NCBI RefSeq assembly: GCF_018350175.1
Contig: NC_058368.1
Span: 26,414,001 to 26,478,000 of the forward strand
DNA from: Felis catus
Lineage: Eukaryota
DNA length: 64,000 bases
Direction: 5' to 3'
Numbering within the stretch: position 1 is the stretch's first letter; every line of letters starts with the position of its first letter. The notes under the pieces were generated by a model. It worked only from the letters and a program-made list of their open reading frames with translations, was not told where the DNA came from and made no database searches. The translations under genes were made by a program, and so were the position numbers. Shown here piece by piece: positions 24,651 through 37,697 of the stretch.

Positions 24651-25949
24651 ACTGTTGAGTTTTTTGTTTCTGACATGTGTAAAGGCTTTTTGGAATATGG
24701 ACTATGTCCTCGATACTACCAGTCTAAGCCTCTTAGGAGAGGCTGTATACCATCCACCCTCTATGCTCACCTGAGTGTCCGAAGCACACAGGGAGGAGGT
24801 GGGCAGGCTGGGGTGTGGCCCGTGGGGTGGGTGGAAGATATGTCATGCTCTGAGTCTGATGACTGCTTCTGTACCCACATCCTGTTAGTTGTCAGGGACG
24901 AGAGGCCATAACAAATATTGACCCTAATTTTCTTAAGTGTAGGCTGCTTTTTGTTTATCAGTTGGTTACATTCAGGAGCCACTCTTCCTGAGAAGCTTGC
25001 GGGGCAGAAAACACCTCCAGCCAAAGGCCCTTGGCAGAAAACATTCTGCTTCCCATGTCTCTTGAGAATCTGTGCCAAGTGGACACGGTGATGGAGTAAA
25101 CATGGCGGCAATGACTTGTCGACTACGATTCTCCCTGAGCCTCTCTTCCTTAACGCTTCAAGCCTACTGAAGCATGGATCTCGGGAGTGTTGAAGAAACT
25201 GGGATTTGGAGCACGCATTTGCTGATCTCAGCATCACCTCTTAACAAATAGATGATGCTGGGAAAGTAATCTCTCTCCGTTGTGTTTTTTTCATCTGCAA
25301 AATGGTGACCATGGTAAGACCTACCCCATAGGATTGTTAGGATCAGGTGGGGTAATGTAGGCACACGGTAAGAGCTCATTACAGATCTTTTTGGCTATTT
25401 GTGGTGATAACTACCAGATTTATGTCTGGGGATTACAGATCACAGTACATGACGTGAGTGCCACAGGATTTGCACTGGTCTCCAAGTTTAGTCCCCTCTG
25501 TAACGTATTGTGCCATTTGTATTTTTACCTTGAAGAGAGATTGTAAAGTGGAGGCCCAAGGGAATGTATCTTATTTGACCTTCAAGATATTCTTGTTTTA
25601 TTTTAATGTGATTCAACTTTTAAAAACTGGGAACTCTCAAACAAATATCTTGATTTCTTTCTTGCTTCTCTTAAGTAATTGAAGCTCTGGTAACGCTGGG
25701 CCGGGCGCCTCTGTATTTGAGAGAATTCCAAGAGGCCCTTCTCCATGGGGCACACTTTCTCCTCTTTGTCATAGCCCCCATGCCCTCATACTGGTTATAT
25801 TTATTAACATCTCCTGGCCCTGGCGGGGGGCTGAATTTGCACCCCCTGCTTTTGCGCTTTCAGTCTTCAAGTTCCTTCATGATGATTAAGCCATTTTTCT
25901 CTGAGCTTCCGGGGATGGGGGTGGGGGAAAGAGGGAAGAGAAATAATGT

Positions 25950-26150
25950 CTGGTGATGGGCCAGCTCTGTGCCCTGCACTTTCCACACCCTGTATTATTT
26001 AATCTTCACAACAGCTGTGAGGCAAATACTATTATCCTCAAGTATAAATTACAAAATACGTATTACAAATGGCTAAGCAAGCCTGGTAGGCTGAATAACT
26101 TGCCCCGGGTCACACTGCTACAAAGAGGCAGAGATGGTATTCGAGGCTGG
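25950..26150 (-). mobile_element. MIR
   Basis: ATTTAATCTTCACAACAGCTGTGAGGCAAATACTATTATCC...AACTTGCCCCGGGTCACAC. Confidence 0.7.
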
Positions 26151-27001
26151 CCCTTGAGAAATCATCACCCCTTTTTTGTTTGTTATGTTGGGCCAAAGGA
26201 TAGGAGACAGGCTTATTGGAGCTTTTGGTGTCTGTCATGTTAAGGCTCCCCCTTAATGTTCTGGGGGTTGTTAATGCTTTTTGGGTCTGCTCATGGGGAG
26301 AGAGGGGGGCAGGATCACCAGGAGGAGGTGCCCCTGTGTGAGTCCCGGGGCCTTATTTACTAGCCCCTGATTGGAGCCAGGGACTCCTTTAATGACCCTC
26401 TTCCCGAAGGACCAAGTGGGAGCTCGCTAGTCGCGCTTCTCACAGTTCAGGGTTGGCTTTGAGTTTGTGCCCCAACATGCTGGGAGGCAGGGGTTTTGAG
26501 AGTCAGGCCACTTATTTACCCGTCTGAGGCTTCACAGCCCAGTTCTGGAAAGTCAGCGAAAATGTGAGTCTGGGAGTCTGAGCAAGCGGACACAGGATGT
26601 GTTCCATACTGAAGGTAATCACATGGCTGGCCTGTGTAGTGAATGGTAATGAGGTAGGTGAAGTCGCACGACAGAGATGCCTCTGATTGGCTGCAGAATG
26701 TTGCTCTTACCTGGAAAAATATTTTGCAGCAGTTACCTGGGTGAAAACCAGCTTCCTGTAAAGGACTGATTTAAAAGCAACAACAACAACAACAAAGGCT
26801 CTTATGGGCTGAGTGCTCTTTCCTATGTAATTATTTCTCAACTCATGATACCAACTCAACTTTATGCCAAGGGAAGGTTCAAAAACAGTTCTCATTGACA
26901 AGGACTATTCTAAAGTGTATAACTACTGCTTCATAGCTTCAAAGGTGAGAACAACTTGTTCCCTTATTCTTCAAACAGAATTCACAGCTACAGAAACATT
27001 C

Positions 27002-27230
27002 TTTTTTTTTTTTAATTTTTTTTCAACGTTTTTTAATTTATTTTTGGGACAGAGAGAGACAGAGCAGGAACGGGGGAGGGGCAGAGAGAGAGGGAGACAC
27101 AGAATCGGAAACAGGCTCCAGGCTCTGAGCCATCAGCCCAGAGCCCGACGCGGGGCTCGAACTCACGGACCGCGAGATCGTGACCTGGCTGAAGTCGGAC
27201 GCTTAACCGACTGCGCCACCCAGGCGCCCC
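27002..27230 (-). mobile_element. SINEC_Fc-type SINE
   Basis: Near-consensus; TSD CAGAAACATTCTT. Confidence 0.95.
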
Positions 27231-28685
27231 CAGAAACATTCTTAAATAAAAAAAAAAAAAGCCATTTAATTTAGCACTCACAATTTAGTAGAATGTCCCG
27301 TGTGTGGCCTTAGGAGCCAGATAATTTTTTTTTTTCTTTTAGGATTTATACCAAGATCCTTTCTGAGAGAATCTCAATTTTTTAAGGCTGCATTTTCACC
27401 CATACAAATGAGATAATAATATGCCAACTTCTACTTGGTGCTGTGAAGTTCAAGTGGGATTGTGTTCACTTCACGCAACAAATGTTTATGGAGTGTTGAT
27501 TATGTGCCAGGCACCATGCTTGATGCAGGGAACAAAAGATGGAAGGTTCTTGAGCCTCAAATGCTCCCAGTTTACTGAGGATAGACCCTGTTCCATCCAC
27601 TAAAGGATGGCCGGGACACAGAAATCCATCCTGTGTGACGAGAGCCTATGGGAGGCCATGGCCCCAATCTGGGCTGGCAGTGGGTGGGGTGGCACTGTTC
27701 TGGGTCTGGAAGAGGTCCAGGGTTCCATGAGAAACAGAAAGGAGATGACAAGGTGGGGACGAGCATGTGGATGGGAAACACTGTGAGGAAACCTTACAAA
27801 CCCTCTGGTGTTCCTCCGAGTCAAATGGGGGCACCGGAAAATGGGGGTGGGGAGATAAAAGTGAAAGGTGGGAGAGGAGGGCGGGGTGGGGCCGGTGCTG
27901 GCTTCCGGGTCAGGCACAAGGGTTTCCTGCTGGAGGTGAAGGGCCTCCCCACTGGAGGAAGGGATATCGGCAACCGTTCCCAGCAGGAACAGGCAGCTGA
28001 GGGTGTGGCAGACTGTTTTGCCATCATCGGGTAACGTGGGCCAGTCATTATGTCGGCTAATTATGTAAATCAAACCTTCCCTGGATCTTGATCCCTGTAA
28101 AGTCTGCAGTGCTCAGTCGTGTGCATATCTGAAGTCATTTCTCGCAGCCTTCCCTCTGTCCTTCTAGTCACACGCCCCCACCTGGCCTTGGGCTCACCCT
28201 CAGCCGGGATTTCTGCACATGCCGGACCTCACCAAACTCAATTATAGCGGGCCATGACATACTCCCCTCTACCTGATGCACTGGAGAAATTCCAGGTCCC
28301 ACCCAAGGCCTGCCTCTTGGATCATCACAGGACCCAGCTGGATCTAGCAATTCTATGGCCCACCAATCCAACGTTCGCCTTGACTTTGCTTGGTCAGCAC
28401 CTTGGGAGGTCTTTGCCCACTGATCCTTCTCTCTTCCTCTCCCTTCAGGGGTGATACAGCATCGTGCCCATTGCCCTTGCCCACCTCAATTATTTGGGCT
28501 GCTTAGGCAGGCCCCACTCTGACAGGGTGGGGGTGCCCAGAGCAAGAGTTTCTGGTGGAGAACCACAGCCCACAGGTCTGTGTCCAGAAAGCTTATCAAC
28601 ATTGCCAGCAAACTGGTAAATAAAATGTATATATGTCTGCCTACCATTCGAAACAGCAAGAAAGCTTCAAAATGCTTATAGGGTG

Positions 28686-28887
28686 GGGGTGCCTGAGTGG
28701 CTCGGGTGGTTAAACAGCAAACTCTTGGTTTCAGCTCAGGTCATGATCTCGTGGTTCCTGAGATGGAAACCACCACTGGGGCTCCACGCTGACAACCTGC
28801 TTGGGATTCTGTCTCTACCTCTCTCTGCCCCTCCCCAGCTCGTGCTCGCTCTCTCTCAAAACAAACAAACAAATAAATAAATAAAAA
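28686..28887 (+). mobile_element. Older CAN-SINE
   Basis: Diverged head, CT region, A-rich tail. Confidence 0.88.
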
Positions 28888-30069
28888 TACATATAAGGCT
28901 ATAGTTTTTACTTGACTCATAGTTGGCAAAATACGGAATTTAACTGTTATTGTACATGGCTGGGTGAGCTTTTGGTGAACTGGCAATGTTGGATAAATAA
29001 TAAGTCGAGGCTTAAATCATAAAAAATTATATAATTATTACATACATTTTATTTATCCTGCCCTACTTCAGCTCAACCACTCTGTTATAATCAAGATTTT
29101 TCTGTCGTTTATGCTTACTTCATAATAAAGACATGCATGTCTTTATTAAAATGTCTGTATTAAATAATGTCCCTATTAAAATACATTGTAATTATTTGGA
29201 GGTGATGAAGTAAATCTGTTCTTATTTAAAAAATGAACATTAAATGTGAAAATTAATCATTATTTCCTATACATTTTTAATCGTTATTTTTCTCCTAAAA
29301 TAGTGGCAGTGGCCTTTTAAAATTAAGAGGCAAATTAAAATTACGAGGCACATCCAACCACAATGATTTACATGGAGTTGAGTTTTTAATTTTTTAAATA
29401 TCCGAATCCTATTAAATGCTTTATAAGCAATAAATGTGTTTGTATTTCTAGGCGTTACGTGTCCCTTCAGTTGCCAACGTAAAAGAATCATCACGGTTTG
29501 TGTATGTCACGTGCATGTTTATATAAACACACGAATTTAAGAGTAATGCGAGCTGTTTAGCATCGCAAAACGTTCTTTTGTCAGCATGTTGCCAACGCCC
29601 TGCTGACTTTCGAGTAGCCCCAGAGCCATGCTCTGGAGCACAGATGAGCCACCCGGCGCTCCTGGGAAGCGATACTTAATTGATGTCATCCGTGCTATCT
29701 GAGAGGAAGTTCTCGGCAAGCTAATTTGTCTTTTACCTTCATGCTTCTGTCACTCAAACATTCCGGGCACTTTGAAGCAGCGTCCACCTCTGACCTTGGC
29801 AGCAGCCCGAGCCACAGGCTTTCACGGCGTTTGGATGCAGTTGCCTTTTATTTCAAGGCCAAAAGAGCCAGAGGTGTGGACAAGTGGTTCCCCGGGGCCG
29901 GCGTGGCGTTCGCTACGAGAATGGTTTAGTTACGAGAGAGAACGTTTATGGCGACAGGTTATGCGGTGCCACCGATGAGCGCCAGGTCTGCGTCACGGAT
30001 GACAGGGGGCCCATGTATTTCTTTCCTACAGTTTTTGCTTGTTTGCGTTAAATGTGTTTACATTCTGCA

Positions 30070-30254
30070 AAGCCCGCTAAAGCACGGGACACGCAATTCG
30101 GTTTAAATTTCAGGTAAGCGAAGACCATCTTTTTAGGACAAGCATATCCTCAAAATCGCATGGGACATACTTATACTAAACATTGTTTACTGTTTCTCTG
30201 AAATTCAAAGTTAAGTGAGCATCCTGTATTTTTATTTGCTAAATGTGGCAACCC
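30070..30254. mobile_element. MER53 palindromic hAT-type MITE
   Basis: Right arm GCATGGGACATACTTATACTAAA...CTGAAATTCAAAGTTAA...CATCCTGTATTTTTATTTGCTAAATGTGGCAACCC matches recalled MER53; the left arm is a degraded inverted copy. Confidence 0.85.
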
Positions 30255-30634
30255 GAGAGGCCAAGAGCATGCTCTCGCTTCCCCCGGACTCAAGGCAGTA
30301 CTGAGCTACAAGGGCATTATATGGAACACAAGAAAGAGAAAAGCAGGTCCCTGAATTCTGAAAATCTCAGCCTGGACCCTCGAGGGAGGAGTGTTGAATA
30401 TCCTTTCTACTAGTGCCAAAGGTATGTGGAATCAGATTGTTTCGTTTCCTACGAGGAATATCTGTGGGAAACCGGAAAATGAGTTCTTTCTCCCCAATGT
30501 GCATTTAATCATGAAGCCACAGAGTGTTTGTCATTGGTCTGTTTTGCCATAAAGCTTGAATAATCACCAACTCTTTATTTATTTATTCATTTATCTACAA
30601 AGTCTTTGTTAAACCTCTCTTGTACCTGGCACAT

Positions 30635-30790
30635 TACATTTAATAGTCAGGGCACCCCTGTGAGGTAGATATTATTATCTCTCTTTTACAGATCGAGAAA
30701 TTCAGCTCAGGGAAGTTAAATAAATCGCTTAAACTTGTCCACTTGGTAAGTTACAGAAGCAGAAGCTAAATCCATGTTGTTCTGACTCCC
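30635..30790 (-). mobile_element. MIR
   Basis: CCCTGTGAGGTAGATATTATTATCTCTCTTTTACAGATCGAGAAATTCAGCTCAGGGAAGTTAAATAA. Confidence 0.75.
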
Positions 30791-31245
30791 CACCTTCTGG
30801 GGGAAACACAAGCGAGGGTGTGGAAGGGAGAAAAGGGAGAAGCACCTGTTACACTTTAGGGATCATCTTATATACTTCACACTATTGACAATCCCTCCCT
30901 CTTGTTCAAGTCAGATCGAATTCTGACCTCTCAGGAAAAAAAAAAAATACTTGGAAGAAATACAGAATTTTTTCCATAAGGTAAAAACTGTAGTGCTAAA
31001 AAAAAAAAAAATACAAAATAACGTTTGATCATCCTAAAACTTTATCTGGAAATGCAAAAGACCTAAATTTGCCAAAACAGTGTTGAAAAAGAAGAACAAA
31101 GTTGGAGGACCTAAACTACCTGATTTCAAAACGTATTCTAAAGGTACAGTAACCAAATACATGTGGTATTTGCATACAGATAGAATGTAGGTCAATGGTA
31201 GACGCTAGAGTCCAGAAATAAACTCACACTTTTGTGGTTAATTGA

Positions 31246-31457
31246 TTTTTTTTTCAACGTTTGTTTATTTGTGGGACAGAGAGAGACAGAGCATGAACGG
31301 GCGAGGGGCAGAGAGAGAGGGAGACACAGAATCGGAAACAGGCTCCAGGCTCTGAGCCATCAGCCCAGAGCCCGACGCGGGACTCGAACTCACGGACCGC
31401 GAGATCGTGACCTGGCTGAAGTCGGACGCTTAACCGACTGCGCCACCCACGCGCCCC
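31246..31457 (-). mobile_element. SINEC_Fc-type SINE in L1
   Basis: TSD TGGTTAATTGATTTTT. Confidence 0.95.
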
Positions 31458-31887
31458 AATGGTTAATTGATTTTTAAAAGGGATGCAAAAGAGTAAGGAT
31501 AGTCTTGTCAAATGGTAGTGGAAAAATTGGATATCCATATGCAAAATAAACAAACAACAGCAACAGATATAAAATATTTAGACGCTTCATTCTATACACA
31601 AAAATTAATTCAAAGCAGATCATAAATCTAAATGTTAGAGCTCAAATTATAAAACATTTAGAAAAAATCCTTCCAACCTTGGGTTAGGCAAAAATTTCTT
31701 AAGTAAGACTTCAAGCGTGTGATCTATAAGAGAAAATAAAAAGGATACAGTGGACTTTATGAGAATTAAGAACTTTGACTTTTGAGTAACATTTAGAGGA
31801 GAAATGGAAAACAAACTGACAGGAATGATTTGCAGACCATACGTCTCTCATGAGAGATTTATATCCAGAACATGTAAAGAACTCCAT

Positions 31888-32100
31888 GGGGCACCTGGGT
31901 GGCTCAGTCGGTTAAGCGGCCGACTTCGGCTCAGGTCATGATCTCGCGGTCCGTGAGTTCGAGCCCCTCGTCGGGCTCTGGGCTGACAGCTCAGAGCCTG
32001 AAGCCTGTTTCAGATTCTGTGTCTCCCTCTCTCTCTGACCCTCCCCATTCATGCTCTGTCTCTCTCTGTCTCAAAAATAAATAAACGTTAAAAAAAAAAA
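31888..32100 (+). mobile_element. CAN-SINE in L1
   Basis: TSD AAAGAACTCC. Confidence 0.95.
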
Positions 32101-32473
32101 AAGAACTCCTACAACTCACCAATAAGACAAACTATCCAACAAATAAATAGACAAGGTATTTAATAGACATTTTATCAACAAAAATGCATCGATGGCCAAA
32201 AAACAAGACCAAAAAAAGCACAGGAAAAAGATGCTTCTCATGCTCAATCATTAGGGAAATATAAATAACATCACAACTAGTTAGTATACGTCTATATACT
32301 AGGTACATTCTATACCTACTAGAATGTCACTAATCAAAAAGACTTATGGTACGAACTTTTGGAGAGAATGTGGAGAAACTGAAACCCATATACATTGCTG
32401 GTAATAATGTAAAATGGTACAGTCACAGTCACTTTGGAAATCCGCTTAGCTGTTTCTTAAAACTTAAACATAA

Positions 32474-32581
32474 GGGCGCCTGGCTGGCTCAGTCGGTAGA
32501 GCCTGTAACTCTTGGTTTCAGGGTTGTGAGTTCAAGCCCCACCTTGGGCGTGGAGCCTACTGAAAAAACAACAACAACAAA
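32474..32581 (+). mobile_element. Short tRNA-like carnivore SINE (no CT body)
   Basis: GGGCGCCTGGCTGGCTCAGTCGGTAGAGC...GTTCAAGCCCCACCTTGGGCG followed by an A-rich tail; TSD CTTAAACATAA. Confidence 0.85.
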
Positions 32582-33040
32582 CCCTTAAACATAATTCCAC
32601 TTCTAGGTATCCACTCAAGAGAAATGATAATATCTACCCACACAAAGACTTGTACATGAATGCTCAGAGCAGCATTATGCATAATAGTCTGAAGTCCAAA
32701 TGTCCATCTCCTGATGCACAAACAAAATGTGACATATCCGTATCACAAAATGCTACTCGGCAGTGAAAAGGAACGAACTGCTAAACATGTCACAACATGG
32801 ATGAAACTCCAAAATGTTATACTAAGTGAAAGAAGCCCAGACACAAAAGACTCCATTTTGCAATGATTCAATTTATATGGAATTTCTAGAAAAGACAAAA
32901 CTATAGCCTGAGGGTGGGAATGGGAGCAAGCATTAGCCGTAAACAGGTGTGAGGAAACGTTCAGGTGATAGAAGTGCGCCAGACCTGGATTAAGGTGATG
33001 GTTGTATAGCTGTGTAAGTTTACCCAAATTAATTAAACCA

Positions 33041-33167
33041 GGGGCGCCTGGGTGGCTCAGTCGGTTGAGCGACCGACTTCGGCTCAGGTCATGATCTCAC
33101 GGTTTGTGGGTTTGAGCCCCGCGTCGGGCTCTGTGCTCGAGCCTGGATGGAGCCTGCTTCGGATTCT

Positions 33168-33212
<45 letters not shown>

Positions 33213-33270
33213 CCTCCCCTACTCGTGCTCTGTCTCTCTCTGTCTCAAAGATAAATAAACATTAAAAAAA
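33041..33270 (+). mobile_element. CAN-SINE in L1
   Basis: Expanded (CT)n; TSD AAATTAAT(T/C)AAA. Confidence 0.93.
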
Positions 33271-35509
33271 TCAAATTAATCAAAGTGTACACTTAAAATG
33301 GGTCAATTTTATAATATACAAATCTCAAGAAGTCTTTTAAAACTCTGTGTTGTATTTAACCAGTCATCTTACTGTGTTGGATACAGCTTTCACCCGGATA
33401 CCTAACACTCCAGGGGGTTCTAACACTTTGGGTTAGTCGTCCTGTAGAGACCCCTTTGCAAGTGGATCGGCCCGCTTGTTGTGTGTCTTCAGTTGTCCTT
33501 AGGGATGTTCCAAACTCCTGAAGGAAGGGGATGTACGTAGTATTCCAGAGTTCTCCAGCAGAGGATTTCGTAAGATAGCGTATTTGGATAAGTGGAGGAG
33601 AAATCACTCAAGGAAGATACTAAACTCTTACATTCTCTTATTTTTATACCTGAAAAAAAAAATGCCGTTAGGTTCAAATTTGCCATGGATGATGTCATTC
33701 CGATTTGCATCTGTAAGGGTCTCCCGACACAAGTAGAGAAGACTGCTCTTTGCGCCTGTGATTCCGGCCGTGAAGACCTATTTCCGACCACAGGTTGCAG
33801 AAGAAGCTTATTCGGCAAGAATGCAGAGCGTCAGTAAGGGAGGCAGATTATGAAGAAATGATGGAATCCTTGAACACTGAGAACAAAACAGAACAGCCCT
33901 AGTGCTGAGGTAATGCCTCTGGTAGGGCTCTGGTTCCCATCCCTTCCTCTGCAGGGGGTGAAGGGGCTTCTCTCAAACACCTTCCTTTGTAGCATCTCCC
34001 CTGCAGTCAGGGTAGCAGGACAACAGACACTCCCTAAACCTCACAGGCCCCAAACAACAACCACGGAGTTCTAGTCGAGGCCCTTTGCTGTGGCTTTGGG
34101 GGCCTCTCCTGGGTGGCTGACCTCACGCCTTGGCTCAAGGCCAAGTTCATACTTCCACAGGCACTAAGATACCAGAGGAGTCTCCACCGAGTCTCACGTT
34201 GGCAGTTAAATTCTTCTGCCCATATTATTTTTTCGAACATTTATTGACCAGACCAACTCGCCCCTGCTCGGAAGAGGGACTAAAAATGTTAGCGGGTGGC
34301 ATTCTCATTCCCATAGTGCCTCATTAGCAGCACTTGTCATCCTTGTGATTTGTCTTCCCCAACCATCACCTGTGAGTGTCTCTAGAGAAGACACTGGAAG
34401 TTATCATCTTTATCTATCTTGGCCTGGCCCAGCACCGTGCACTGTGTAGGTGCTGAATACACGTTTTGGTTTTTGTTCTGTTGTGTTGCGTTTTTAACAA
34501 GTAAATGTTCGCCACCGAAAGCTCAAAGGCCTGGCCCGGAGACATTGTGTGTTCTGTATTTTTGCATTTGACTTTCTTTCTAGTAAAAAGCAGCGCAAAT
34601 CCAGAAGTTTCCATTTGTTATCCTGTAAGTTGCTGTGGTCAGCTGCATTTCTCACAACTTGGCTAAGTCAAATCACGAGGGACATTTTTCACAACTTGGC
34701 TGGGTCAAATCATGTGGTTTATGATTTTTTAAAAAATTACAAGAAAGGGCCATTAGTTTCTCACTGTTGCTGGAATATTTACAACAGTATAACTTTTGCT
34801 CGTACCCACTCTCCTGGGAGCACAGTGTAGTTACAGGCATTACCTAATGTAGTCAGGTCTGGGGAGGGGAATGGAGGTACAGTAACCTCTATTGTCTGGA
34901 ATAAAAACTTGGTAAGGTTCAGTGGTTTGCACAAGTACACACGGGAGCCTATAGACCTCGATTTCCTGACTTTGGTTTGCGTATCTCTCCATTCCCTCTG
35001 GTTCTGTGTTAACTTTTCAAATCAGGAAAATGTGTGAAAGAGGCCGATTTTAACTGGCCTCTTTTAAGGTGAATATTTTTCTTTTCCAGTGTCTTTGTCA
35101 TGTTCTAGACAACTTGGGTTCAAAATAATTGATATAATAACAAATCCACCAAAATAGCAAACAGCACCTCTCTGAAGCCAAGGTCACTCCTCAGATTGGG
35201 CTGGACAACCTCAGAGCACGAAATTACATGACCTCAAAGGCCCCATCCTCTTCTAAGATTTCATGATTCCAGACTTGAGAACATCTCCAAATGAAATCTA
35301 TCCTGATTTAAACAAATATATACAACTCACTTTCCAACGGCTGTCTCAGAATGTTTGCCTAGTGCGGTAATGAACTTAGGAGGTCAGCCAGCCACTCTGG
35401 CTTCTATTCTTTTGGGAAAAAGTGGTTCAGAGTTTAAAGAAACTACTATATAATGCTGCAGGTCACCTGGCTTTCTCTATGCCTCTTTCCTTCCACGTTA
35501 TTTGTTGGC

Positions 35510-35760
35510 TCATTCATTCATTTCTTCATCCATTCATCAAGCACTTATGAGGACCTGCTCTGTTCTGGATACTAGGCTTACTGCAGGGCATGGAAAAGCA
35601 CCTGGTCTCTGCCCTCAGGGATCTCACCATCCAGTGAGGGTACAGATAATTATAATCTAAGATGGTAAGTATAATAAGATGCACAGAATATTTTAAGATC
35701 CCCCCCAAGGAGAGGTACCTCAGTCAGCTTTGGGGTGGCCAAGGAAGAGGTAAGGAGGCG
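35510..35760 (-). mobile_element. L2 3' fragment
   Basis: CATTCATTCA...CATTCATCAAGCACTTATGAGGACCTGCTCTGTTCTGGATACT...CTGCCCTCAGGGATCTCACC. Confidence 0.7.
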
Positions 35761-36440
35761 ATAGCTCAAGGTCAGTATTCAGGTATGAGATATACATCCT
35801 GGAGAATGAGAGAGTGAATGGAGAGGAATGTGGTAGGATTAGCTGATAGCACCGAGCGTCCTCTTGAGATTATTAGTCATGGATTGAAACCGAGACCGTG
35901 GAGCCTTGCAGAATGTTGTCCTTGAGCCACGTTCAGGTGCTTGGGTACAAGTACAGAGTGGATGGAGGGTAGGATCTTCCCTGGGCTTGGTGCGTCCACA
36001 TGAGTACAAAAGGGAAAAAACAAGTAAAGATGGGGAGGCTGCATGTAAGGGATGACTGTGTTTACGGCCAGTGCCCCTCAACTGGGAAGAGCATGAGGGA
36101 GAGAGGACGTGCAGCTGCGGGATGTCTAGAGTCTGGGCTGGGAACTGGGGGAGTGAGGTGGAAAGACAACAAGTGAAAGTTGGAGAGTGTGGTGCTTTAA
36201 AATGACACGTGGACAAGTTACGGGCAGTGACAAGAGAGAATGTGGCCTGAGGGAGTGTGCAGGACAGGCCTGTGGAAGAGAGAAAGCCAAGGGACGGAAG
36301 GACGGGAGGATATTGGATGGACTGTCTACTCTATATAGATGTTACAACTGCCCTGACTGGAGTTGTATCAGCTTCCTATTGCTGCTGTGAAAAATAACCA
36401 AAAATGTAGTGGTTTGAGCAACACACGTGGATGACCTCAC

Positions 36441-36662
36441 TTTTAATTTTTTTTTTTTTAACGTTTATTTATTTTTGAGACAGAGAGAGACAGAGCATGA
36501 ACAGGGGAGGGGCAGAGAGAGAGGGAGACACAGAATCTGAATCAGGCTCCAGGCTCTGAGCTGTCAGCACAGAGCCCGACGCGGGGCTCGAACTCATGGA
36601 CCGTGAGATCGTGACCTGAGCCGAAGTTGGACGCTTAACCGACCAAGCCACCCAGGCGCCCC
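36441..36662 (-). mobile_element. CAN-SINE
   Basis: TSD TGGATGACCTCACTTTTA. Confidence 0.95.
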
Positions 36663-36903
36663 TGGATGACCTCACTTTTATGTAGATGATCAACACAGCG
36701 TCATGGGCTAAAAGTAAGGTGTTGGCAGGCCTGTATTCCTTCCTGGAGGTTCTGGAGGAGAATATGTTTCCTTACCCTTTTCACCTTCTAGAGGCTGCCT
36801 GCAGATCCCTCAGCCTGTGGCCCTCCTTCACTTCAAAGCTGGCTACTGTAGGCTGTATCTTCCTCTCATGGTATCACTCTGACCTCTCTGCTTCCTTCTT
36901 CCA

Positions 36904-36982
36904 TTTTTTTTTTTATTTTAGAGAGAGAGAGAGAGAGAGAATGCACCAGCAAGGGAAAAGGGCTTAGGGAGAGACAGAGACA

Positions 36983-37066
<84 letters not shown>

Positions 37067-37189
37067 CCCAAGAAGCCTCAATGCTTAGTGCATAGCCCCA
37101 TGGGGGTTCGATCCCATGACCCTGGGATCATGACCTGAGCTGAAATCAAGAGTCAGACACTCAACCAGCTTAGCCACCCAGATGACCCT
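36904..37189 (-). mobile_element. Older CAN-SINE with (CA)n(GA)n expansion
   Basis: Head GACCTGAGCTGAAATCAAGAGTCAG...; TSD CTTCCATTTTT; microsatellite 36984-37063. Confidence 0.88.
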
Positions 37190-37309
37190 CCCTCTTCCAT
37201 TTTTAAGGACCCTTATGATCAGCCCCATCTGGATAATCCAGGATAATCTCTGTGTTTTAAGGTCAGCTCATTAGCAATCTTAATTTCATCTACAACTTCC
37301 CTTTGTCAT

Positions 37310-37697
37310 GTGTGTTAGTCGGCTCCCATAACAAAGTACCACAGAATGGGGGGCTTGTACAACAGAAATTTATTTCTCACAGTTCTGGAGGCTGGAAGTC
37401 CAAGGTCAAGGTGTTGGCAGATTTGGTTTCTCTTGAAGACTCTTTCCTGGCCTTGCAGATGGCTATGTCCTTATATGGTCTTTCCTTAGTGTGCACATTC
37501 CTGATGTCTCTTTGCGTGTCCAGATTTCCTCTTATAAAGACACCAGTTAGATTGGATTATGGCCCAACCTAAGTGCTTCATTTTAATGTAGTTACCTCTT
37601 TAAAGACCCTATCTCCAAATACAGTCATATTCTGAGGACTAGGAGTGAGGGCTTCAACATTTGAATTTGGGGAAGATGGGATCCAGGCCATATCACA
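37310..37697 (-). mobile_element. MaLR LTR (MLT1A/B-like), nested
   Basis: CCATAACAAAGTACCACAGA...AACAGAAATTTATTTCTCACAGTTCTGGAGGCTGGAAGTCCAAGGTCAAGGTG...TCTCCAAATACAGTCATATTCTGAGG. Confidence 0.85.

Larger units (their letters stand above)
31010..33330 (+). mobile_element. 5'-truncated L1 (L1M class; ORF2 3' part and 3' UTR) interrupted by four SINEs
   Basis: ATCCTAAAACTTTATCTGGAAATGCAAAAGACC...AAGAAGAACAAAGTTGGAGGAC... through TAAGTGAAAGAAGCCCAGACACAAAAG... to TGTACACTTAAAATGGGTCAATTTTAT; degraded, no intact ORF. Confidence 0.9.

Noticed and set aside
29530..29730. Possible hAT transposase C-terminal remnant on the minus strand
   Set aside because: Resemblance to the ERSFS...LALLSIE motif is too faint to support without a profile search.
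8243..33258. Recurring similar short ORFs (…RLSVRLQPGHDLAVREFEPR…, …GRERGRHRIGNRLQALSHQPR…) suggesting a gene family
   Set aside because: These are translations of CAN-SINE copies.
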